Shown here: positions 49,960 through 59,100 of the stretch, in pieces
Position numbering within the stretch: the first letter of the stretch is position 1
Layout: the number at the start of each line of letters is the position of its first letter
Assembly: GCA_963666425.2 (NCBI GenBank)
Contig: OY762825.2
Coordinates: 416,001 to 480,000 of the forward strand
DNA: 64,000 bases
Direction of reading: 5' to 3'
Source of the DNA: Bacillota bacterium
Lineage (GTDB): Bacteria; Bacillota; JAAYKD01
The notes under the pieces: model-generated
Database searches by the model: none
What the model was told of the DNA's origin: nothing
Seen by the model: the letters and a program-made list of their open reading frames with translations, nothing else
Position numbers and translations under genes: made by a program

Positions 49960-50170
49960 TCCAGGAAGTAGGCGTGTGACGGAAGTTTATAGAAGTTATC
50001 CCTTCTTCATCTTAGCAATAGAAAGAAATTTTGTCAAGGAAGTTCAGTAATAAATTGCGCAGTTTTCTTCTCTTTTTTCACTTGACAAGCCGTATTTCAT
50101 GAAGTATAATGAAATTAACTTCTATATACTTCATTTTATATTTGCAGTTACACGAAGTCGAAAACTTCTA
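49960..50170. promoter_or_regulatory. divergent sigma-A promoters with repeated GAAGT/ACTTC sites
   Basis: + strand TTGACA(50082)-17-TATAAT(50105); - strand TTGACA(50037)-17-TAAGAT(50014); about 9 GAAGT/ACTTC pentamers. Confidence 0.7.
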
Positions 50171-50192
50171 TATGCCATAAGGAGGATGAATC

Positions 50193-50630
50193 ATGCAACG
50201 CTTTGCAGAGAAACTCAAAGCCGCCCGCGCCGAAGCCGATCTTAGCCAAGCCGCCCTGGCCGAACAGGTAGATGTCTCCATTCGCTCCATTTCCGCCTAT
50301 GAAACGGGTATGGCCATTCCGCGCGGCTCCACCATGCGCAAGCTGGCCCACGCCCTGGCTGTTTCCCTGGAATACCTGACCAACGACGAAGTGACCGACC
50401 CCAAAGCCGGCATGGCGAAAGAAATTGTGCTGGAAGATATTCGCGGCCGCTACGGCAGCAAAGGCGTCGCCGAAGCAGACATGCTGCTGCAGCGCAATCG
50501 GGCTCTCTTCGCCGGCGGTGTGCTGACCCAGGACGCCAAAGACGCTTTCTTCCAGGCCGTGATGACGGCCTATGTCACCTGTAAAGAAGAAGCCAAAGAA
50601 ACCTTCGGACACAAGAAAGATGAGGAATAG
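50193..50630 (+). CDS. XRE family HTH repressor
   Basis: LSQAALAEQVDVS.RSISAYETG. Confidence 0.92.
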   Translation: MQRFAEKLKAARAEADLSQAALAEQVDVSIRSISAYETGMAIPRGSTMRKLAHALAVSLEYLTNDEVTDPKAGMAKEIVLEDIRGRYGSKGVAEADMLLQRNRALFAGGVLTQDAKDAFFQAVMTAYVTCKEEAKETFGHKKDEE

Positions 50631-50635
50631 ATACC

Positions 50636-51166
50636 ATGTCTATCTCCACAATCAGCCAGGAAGTTCGTAAGATTCTCAGCAAATACGATGAAAGCAATAT
50701 CTATCGCCTCTGCCGCGCCATGAAAATTACCGTGCTGCTCTCCCCCATGGGCGAATTTACCGGTGCCTGCAAGGGATTCTATCTCAGCCAATCGCGCAGG
50801 CAGGTGATTATGGTCAACAGCAATTTGCCGGAAGATCTGCAGAGAATCATTGTCGCGCACGAATTGGGCCATGCCGTGCTGCATCGACGCTTAACCGGCA
50901 TTAAAGCCTTCCACGATTTTGAAATGTTTGATGAAACATCGCAGTTTGAATTTGAAGCCAATATTTTTGCCGCCGATCTGTTGATGCCGGACGAAGACGT
51001 TTTGGCCCTGCTGAACGACGATATCTCTTTCTTCACTGCCGCCAATCAGCTGCAAGTCCCGGCGGAATTGTTGGATTTTAAATTCCGCGTTTTAAAACGC
51101 AAAGGATTTCAGGTCATCGATCCGCCCATGACAGCCAATTCCGATTTTTTAAAGAGGGTGAGGTGA
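50636..51166 (+). CDS. ImmA/IrrE family metallopeptidase
   Basis: AHELGHA and E.EAN.FAA.LLMP. Confidence 0.92.
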   Translation: MSISTISQEVRKILSKYDESNIYRLCRAMKITVLLSPMGEFTGACKGFYLSQSRRQVIMVNSNLPEDLQRIIVAHELGHAVLHRRLTGIKAFHDFEMFDETSQFEFEANIFAADLLMPDEDVLALLNDDISFFTAANQLQVPAELLDFKFRVLKRKGFQVIDPPMTANSDFLKRVR

Positions 51167-51447
51167 ATAGAATGGAAAATCCAGCCAAAGTCTATGTCAG
51201 CGTGACCGCTTCCTTTGATCCGGAAGGCATGCTGCTGCCGCAGGTCATCACCTGGGAAGACGGCACGCAGTATCTAATCGACCGGATTCTCGATATCCGC
51301 CCCTCGTATGCCGCCAAAGCCGGCGGCCAGGGGGATCGTTATATGGTGCGTTTGGGCGATCATTACAGCTATCTTTTCTTTGAACGCAGCGCCGCCCTCC
51401 AGGGCAACCAGCTTGGCCGTTGGTTTGTTGAACGCAAACAAGCATAA
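51163..51447 (+). CDS. conserved hypothetical protein of the dinB module
   Basis: KVYV.V.A.F, P..ITWEDG, KAGGQGDRY and WFVE; overlaps the immA stop. Confidence 0.7.
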   Translation: MNRMENPAKVYVSVTASFDPEGMLLPQVITWEDGTQYLIDRILDIRPSYAAKAGGQGDRYMVRLGDHYSYLFFERSAALQGNQLGRWFVERKQA

Positions 51448-51501
51448 AAAAGGCAAAAACGGCGAGCCCCAGCCTCGCCCGCCTGAAAGGAGTGCTTCCC
51501 C

Positions 51502-52101
51502 TTGTGCGGTAGATATTATGTGGAACCAGAAGAAAATGAAGCCGAAATGCAGCGGATCCTGGCAGACCTGAACCGCCGTTATCCCGATTCCAAACTGCTG
51601 CCGCTGATGCGCTTGGGTGATATTTTACCCTCTCAAATTGCCCCGGTCATGGCCAACAGTAAAAGCCTGACGGCGCGGCCTTTCCTGATGAAGTGGGGTT
51701 ATGCCGAAGGCGAGCGCCCCCTGATCATCAACGCCCGCAGCGAGAGCGCTTTGGAAAAGCCAATGTTTCGCGAGAGTATGCAGACGCGGCGCTGCCTGAT
51801 TCCGGCGAATCGCTACTTTGAATGGCAGAAAACGCCCGAAGCCAAACTAAAATACTGCATCGCCCCGGACGAACAGCCCGTATTTTATATGGCAGGAATT
51901 TATCGTCTGGAGCCCAATCGGGAACTACCGGCTTTTGTTATTCTCACCTGTGATGCAGCGGAAGAAATTAAATTCATCCATCCCCGCATGCCGGTCATTT
52001 TACCCAGAGAGCAGCTGGTTGCCTGGCTGAATCCTGCTGCCGATGTGCAAAGTATCCTGGCGGCCGCGCGCAGCAAAATGATCTATCAAAAGAGTTCGTA
52101 A
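51502..52101 (+). CDS. SOS response-associated peptidase (SRAP/HMCES family)
   Basis: MCGRY N-terminus, INARSE, RRCLIPA..YFEW and IHPRMPVIL. Confidence 0.95.
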   Translation: MCGRYYVEPEENEAEMQRILADLNRRYPDSKLLPLMRLGDILPSQIAPVMANSKSLTARPFLMKWGYAEGERPLIINARSESALEKPMFRESMQTRRCLIPANRYFEWQKTPEAKLKYCIAPDEQPVFYMAGIYRLEPNRELPAFVILTCDAAEEIKFIHPRMPVILPREQLVAWLNPAADVQSILAAARSKMIYQKSS

Positions 52102-52370
52102 AATAAAAGCAACGAAACGGTTGCTGCAAAATGTTTCTGGTGCACTGCTTCGTCGCCTTCTACCCATCAATTACGTCAACATCTTATTATCACATTTTAC
52201 CTTCGTTGCTTCGTCGTCTCTCAACTCAACAATTACGTTAACATCTTATCTTCACATTTTACCAAATGTAGGGAACGGTCTTGACCGTTCCGCCGTCCTT
52301 CGTCACCTCCGTCTTCCGCCGTTCCCTCGCCTCTTCGCTTCCTCCGTCTCTTAACACAATATGCAATAAT

Positions 52371-52420
52371 AAAGCACTATATCCTCGCCGGAATCGTCTT
52401 CCCGCAGAATATAGTGCTTT
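52371..52420. repeat. 50-nt hairpin repeat (also at 52975-53024 and 63731-63779)
   Basis: AAAGCACTATAT..ATATAGTGCTTT with a conserved interior. Confidence 0.85.
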
Positions 52421-52458
52421 TGTTCTACTCGCTATAGTGTTTCCCACTCAAATCAATC

Positions 52459-52487
52459 TGTGCCAACACCCCCGTCCCCTTGGCACA
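52459..52487 (+). repeat. REP-1 singlet
   Basis: exact consensus. Confidence 0.95.
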
Positions 52488-53063
52488 ACGATTACGTCAA
52501 CATCCTATCATCACATTTTCTCTTCGTTGCTTCGTCGTCTCTCAACTCAACAATTACGTTAACATCTTATCTTCACATTTTACCAAATGTAGGGAACGGT
52601 CTTGACCGTTCCGCCGTCCCTTCGTTCCTCGTTTCTTTCGTCCTATCGTCTTTCATCGTCCCCTCCCGCCATGCCCCATCGTCTCTCAACCCATCAATTA
52701 CGTCAACATCTTATCTTCACATTTTCCCTTCGTTGCCCCATCGTCTCTCAACCCATCAATTACGCCAACATCTTATCTTCACATTTTACCAAATGTAGGG
52801 AACGGTCTTGACCGTTCCGCCGTCCCCCGTCACCTCCGTCTTCCCCCGTTCCTTATCCGTTCTCCATCTCCCGCCGTCCTTCGTCACCTCCATCTCCCGC
52901 CGTCCCCCGTCACTGCCGTCACCTCCTCCATCCCATTGTTTTTCCTCACCTCTTAACACAATATGCCAACAAAAAAAGCACTATATCCTCGCCGGAATCG
53001 TCTTCCCGCAGAATATAGTGCTTTTCTTATGCCACTTGACAATGCTTTAAATTCACATCAAGC

Positions 53064-53191
53064 TGTGCCAACACCCCCGTCCCTCTGGAACAAAGCTGTG
53101 CCAACACCCCCGTCCCTCTGGAACAAAACTGTGCCAACACCCCCGTCCCCCTGGAACGTAGTTGTGCCAACACCCCCGTCCCCTTGGCACA
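53064..53191 (+). repeat. REP-1 tandem tetramer, 33-bp period
   Basis: copies at 53064, 53097, 53130 and 53163; spacers AAGC, AAAC and TAGT; ends 1 nt from a stop codon. Confidence 0.95.
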
Positions 53192-53192
53192 A

Positions 53193-56100
53193 CTACCAGA
53201 GGGGTTCGGCGATAAAGTCAGTCATCGATTCGCTGCCATCGGAATTGGTCAAATAGCGATGGGTCCGAATTGCTTCCTCGGCATGACCGGAGGCCCAATG
53301 CGTTGTGGGCATATCCGGGAATGTGGCTTCAGTACCCAGCAGCGGTCCTCTGAACAACATATTGTTGATGATGACAACCGCTTCGCTTCGTTTGGTAAAT
53401 GCATTTGGCTGGAAGGTGCCATCTTCATAACCTTGAATCAACCCGATTCGTTTGATTTCTTCGATGGTATTTGCCGCCCAATGACCTTGGATATCGCTGA
53501 AATCGTTGCTCAGCGGCGTTAATTGATTGGAACGCTCGATTTCAAAATAGCGCGCAATCACGGAAACCAATTCGGCACGTGTAATTCCCTGATCCGGATT
53601 GAACAGCCCATCTGTATATCCTTCGAACAGTCCCAATTTGGATACTGCTTCAATATACTCGGCGGCCCAATGGGTCGTGCTGACATCCGGATAGAGCTGA
53701 ACTCCTGTCACCGTGCTGCGCAAATCCAGAATTCTGGCAAAGATTGCCGCAATTTCTGCACGTGTAATGTAGCGATCCGGTTTAAAGGTATAATCCGGAT
53801 AGCCAACGATGTAACGCTGATGAATTTGTTCATACCGATTGGAATACAAAGAAACGATCATCGTAGACAGATCATCTTCTAAATTCACCAGAGAATCCGT
53901 TGCGGTAATGGTCGCTGTCAAGCGCACAATCACCTGATTCTGGGTTAAAGGCTTAACCCGCGCCGTAACCGTCAGCTTACCGGTCTGATTTGCGGCCAAA
54001 CTACCCAAGTCCCAGACCAGCGTCGAGCCAAAAACTTGCCCGCCGTCACTGTCGATGATCTCCAATTCGTCCGGAATGCTCAAGGTGAGATTGGCCTGAT
54101 CAATTTTCAGCTGGTTTTTGTTGATATAGGTGATTTCAAAAGTAACCGTCTTGTTTTCTTCAACGCTCCGCTGCGAAGCGCTCAGCTGCACTCCCACATC
54201 TTTCTGAGGAACCACTACGCCCACATCGGATGCTTTGAGGATAATGCTGCCCACACAGAATTGCCCATCCGCTAAAACCCGGAAACTCTCCTGCCCAATT
54301 TCTTTTCCGGCCAAATCGTAAACAACAATCTTAAAGTCTTTGCCTTCAGCGCTTGCCGGTAATTCAATGAAGAAAAGACCGGAAGCTTCCTGAAGTTGAA
54401 TGGCATAGTTGACCGGAAGTAAAACTTCGGAACCTAATTGCTGCAGAGAAACTTGCTGCGCTGTTAAACCCAGCAATTTCACACGCGCGGAATCCTGGTT
54501 TGCTGTTAAGGTGTATTGAATGGGACTGCCGCTGACATATTGGAACAAAGCAAAATTCAGCTTGCTGAAATCGTGAATCGTATAGATTTGTCCCGCTTCA
54601 TTTTCAGCAGCCAAAACAGTGTAATGGATTCTCTCGGAATAGAACGCTTGGCCTACACCGGTGATGCTGCCGTTAACCGTTCCCTTTTGATAGAAGGTAA
54701 TTGGATATTGCAGACCCGGTGCCACTTCGAAATCAAACGTAATATAGACATCATAGGTTTCGTTGCCGTATGGAACCGCAACGCTGTAACTGCCGTTCTC
54801 AGCGGTGAGAGTAGTGGCGCTAAAATCGATGATCCCGTCCTGATCGAAATCTTTGCTCACCAAAACAGAGGCATTTTGAACAATCGTACAGCGATTGGAA
54901 TCAATGACGATCCCATTTAAGGTAGCCGGCATAAAATAGACGCTGATGGTATCGGTTGCATACAGATTCTTGATGATATCTTCTACCTTGCCAACAACCT
55001 GAATTTCTTTCGGCACAATGGTTCCGCTGAGGTCGACTTTACCATACTTTACAGTCGCAATCCCCAGGGCATTCGTCACAGATTGCGTGCCGTTCGGGAA
55101 CTCCCCTAGCGGTGCTGAGAAAACGACCGCAATATTCGGCACCGGATTCCCGTTCTGATCGTGAACCTGCGCAAACAGAGTGGTTGTGGTTGTACCATCT
55201 CCTAATAAGCTGGAGGGAATTGCCCGCATATCAATGGTATAGGCAATGTCTAAAACCTGTACGGTAATGGTGATCTCCATGGAGCCGGACAACCCGTCGC
55301 TGACTCTGATCTTGAAATGATCCTCACCAACAAAATCATGATTTGGCGTATAGATCCAGGAACCATTCTCCGCTAGAACCAGCTGACCGGAAGTGGGCTG
55401 CAGGATAACGGCGTAGGAAAGACGATCGCCATCTCCATCCGTGGCAGCAGCACTGCCGTGCAGTGCAACATTTTTTGGTGTCTGCAGAGTCTGATTTTTC
55501 GCAATCGGCGGCGCATTGTTTAAAGAAATGTTCAAGGTTACGGTAGAAATAGCAAAAGCTCCGGCTTGGTCGGTCACACGAACCTGAAATACTTCCGTAC
55601 CTTCATAATCCGTCAGGGGAACATAGATATAAGAGCCATTGGCGTTCAAGACGAGTTGCCCGTGAGTTGGCAATGTTTCTACGGCATAAACCAAATCAAC
55701 TGCCGGCGTTTCAATATCGCTGGCCACAATCTTTTGCTTAAAGGAACCATTCTCTATACCGTAGAGATAATCCGGCACGACCGGTGGGTCATTGACTGGG
55801 GTAATGCTGATATGAACAATGGAAATGCTAAAGCCGCCTACGCCATCACTCACTCTGACGGCAAAGCTGTCACTGCTGCAGTAATTCAGGTTTGGTGTAT
55901 AGGTCCAACTGCCATTGGGCTGCAGGACAACCGTGCCGTTACTGGGCTGTGTTTCCATCCCATAGCTCAACGCATCCCCATCCGCATCCGTCGCCACGAT
56001 GACATCACTGATGGCAGTGTCTTCCGCAGTTGTCAGATGATAGTCCGGCACTACCGGCGCATCGTTCACAGAGGTAATGGTAATCTCTACTTTGGCTAAA

Positions 56101-59100
56101 TTGGAAGCTGCAGTACCATCGCTGCCTGTCCAGTTGAAAAGGTCGCCGCCATGATAATTGAGGTTGGGCGTATAAACCAAATGATCCAACTGCGCGGCAG
56201 GAATGACCTGATTCAACATCACGGCTGAACCGTTCAGACTCAAACTGCCATGGGTTGGCAAACTCTTGAGGCAGACAGAAACCAAATTGGAGGTTTCTAT
56301 ATCGCTGTAGAGGTTATCAAAGCCAATCAAAGTGAAGCTGAGTGCGGTATCTTCCTGGGTTGTACGCTGAGAATCAAGAATAATTGGTGGATCGTTGACC
56401 GGTTGCACGGTTAGGTTGACTGTAGAAAGAGCAGTTCCTCCGTTTCCGTCACGAACCAAGACAGTAAACTGATCAGGACCGTAATAATTGGCTGCCGGTG
56501 TATAGGACCAATTTCCGTTGCCATCAACCGTAACCGTGCCATGGCTGGGCGCTGTATCCAACAGATAGTTTGGTGTATCACCATCTACATCGGTAGCAAC
56601 CACCACACCATTGACCGAAATATCTTCGTCTGTCGTGACATTATAATTCGGCACCACAGGATTATCATTGACCGGTGTAATACTAATCTCTGCCTTGGCT
56701 AAATTGGAGTAAGCGGTACCGTCAAATCCCTTCCAGTTGAAGAGATCGTCGCCGTGATAATTGAGGCTCGGTGTATATTTCAGACCGTTTAACTGTGCTG
56801 CTGGAATCACCTGATTCAAACCCACCGCTAATCCAGCCAGAGTCAAGCTACCATGTGCAGGCAGGCTCTCGATCCGGATGGAGACCAAATTGGGATCTTC
56901 AATATCGGTATAAAGGTTCTCAAACCAAGCTAAGCTAAAATCGATGGCGGTATCTTCCAAAGTCACACGCAACCCATCGTCTGCTGTCGGCAGATCATTG
57001 ACCGGAAGCACTGTCAGATCGATGGTGGATGTCGCAAACCCTAAATTGCCATCGGAAACAATCACAGTAAACTGATCCGGACCATGATAATTTGCGGCGG
57101 GTGTGTAGCTCCAATTGCCATTCGCCACCAGTGTCAGCGTTCCGTGGGTCGGAGCCGTTCCCAAAGCATAACTTAACGGATCTCCCTCCACATCAGAACC
57201 AACTACAATGCCGGCAACCGTCGTGTCTTCATTTGTTATTTTCGTATAATCCGGCACGATGGGGGCATCATTGATATTGCTGATATGAATGGTCACCTTA
57301 GAGAAAGCGGTGCCTCCGTTGCCATCATCCACCCAAACGGTAAATTCATCGTCCCCAAAGTAATCGTGATTTGGCGTGTAGGTATAGCTGCCATCCAAAT
57401 TGACAAGAACTTGACCATGACTGGGGTCGGAGCGTTTAGAATAGCTCAGAGAATCCCCGTCGATATCTTGTCCCAGCACCGCTGCATGCAGGACAGCATC
57501 CTCATCCATGGTCTTGACATAATTGGGAATGGTTGGGGGATCGTTGATTGGATTCACGGTCAGGTTGACGGTAGACAGAGCGGAGCCCCCATTTCCGTCG
57601 TGGACCAAAACAGTAAACAGATCGGGACCATGATAATTGGCTGCCGGCGTATAAGACCAGCTTCCATTCGCATTCAGCGAGAGGGTGCCGTGGCTGGGCG
57701 CTGTATCCAATGCATAACTAAGCAGATCGCCGTCCACATCCGTGGCCACAATCGTGCCAATCACCGCGGTGTCTTCATTCGTGCTCACATTATAATTTGG
57801 CACCACCGGGTTATCATTGACCGCCGTAATGCTGATATCTACCTTGGCAAGATTAGAATACGCAGCGCCGTCGAACCCCTTCCAGGTAAAGAGATCATCG
57901 CCATGATAATTGAGGCTCGGTGTGTATTTTAGACCATTCAATTGCGCCGCGGGGATCACCTGGTTTAAGCCCACCGCCATACCAGACAACGTCAGGCTGC
58001 CGTGCGCCGGCAAGCTCTCAATCCGAACGGAGACTAAATTGGCATCCTCAATATCGGTATAGAGGTTGTCAAACCAAACCAAACTAAAATCAAGCGCCGT
58101 GTCTTCTTGGGTCACACGGTTTGCATCAATTACTGTCGGTGCATCATTGACCGGCGTAATGGTAATGGAAATCGTGGATACCGCCATGCCGCCATGACCA
58201 TCGGAGACATTGACTTTGATCGTAACCGGTCCGTTATAATTTGCGGTTGGAGTAAAAGTCCAGTCGCCTGTAACGGGATTCAAGACAAAGCTGCCCTGAC
58301 TGGGGTCGGGAGCCGTATTGACGGAATAAGCGAGCGTATCAAGATCCACATCGGCAGCCACCACTTTATTGGCCACAGAATTATCTTCCGCTATTGTGAA
58401 AGTATAATCGCCTACCGTTGGCGGATCATTGACCGGGATAACGACAATCGTAACGGTGGATTCCGCAAAGCCTGTGCCATCACTGACCTGCACCTTGAAA
58501 CTGTCCATCCCATTGTAATTGAGATTCGGGGTGTATAACCAATTTCCAGCCGCATCGACTGTGACTGTGCCATGGCTGGGATTTGTGCTTTTAAGATAAC
58601 TTAAAAGAGCAGAGTCCACATCACTGCCTACGACTTTGCCGCCTACTGCGGTTTCTTCTAAAGTTTGCACAACATAGGAAGGCACTGTCGGCGGATTATT
58701 CACCGAGCTGATAGAAATATTGACGGTTGAGTAAGCAATACCGCCATGACCGTCCTCGACTTTGACTTGGAAAGAATCGGGGCCGTTGTAGTACGCCACA
58801 GGGATATAAAGGTAATTCCCATCTGCCTGCAGGGTCACAGAGCCATGGCTGGGATTACTATATTGCGAATAGGTTAAAGAATCTCCATCCACATCCGTTG
58901 CCACAACGGCGCTGGATAAGGTGGTATCTTCCGGAATCACTTTGGCATAATTAGGGACAACCGGAGGATCGTTGACCGGGGTCACCGTAATTTGAACAGT
59001 GGCAACTGCGGTACCTCCCTGGTTATCGTTGACCAATACGGTTACAGTGATAGGTCCACCGTTAAAATCGTGTGCCGGTACAAAACGCCAGGCACCGCTG

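Larger units (their letters stand above)
52150..52800 (+). repeat. six copies of a ~35-bp motif CAATTACGTCAACATCTTATCTTCACATTTTACC, in pairs about 61 bp apart
   Basis: copies near 52168, 52230, 52490, 52551, 52695 and 52757. Confidence 0.85.
52268..52818 (+). repeat. GTAG-type REP (REP-2), three copies
   Basis: GTAG-GGAACGGTC-TT-GACCGTTCC at 52268, 52589 and 52795. Confidence 0.9.

Noticed and set aside
52150-52800. CRISPR-like 35-bp repeats with about 61-bp period
   Set aside because: The intervening sequences are themselves repeated, the spacing is irregular, and there is no leader or cas gene.
53064-53191. CRISPR array (29-bp palindromic repeats)
   Set aside because: Spacers are only 4 nt, the same repeat is dispersed and inverted elsewhere, and no cas genes are present.
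19300-53191. Classical integron, ICE or prophage
   Set aside because: No tyrosine or serine integrase, no attC RYYYAAC/GTTRRRY pattern at the repeats, and no conjugation or phage structural genes in the window.
52121-53256. Small ORFs containing PTPPSPW, GGRGCW or CQHPRPLG peptides (also near 28129, 41068, 42132, 47567 and 63677)
   Set aside because: They are reading frames through non-coding repeats.
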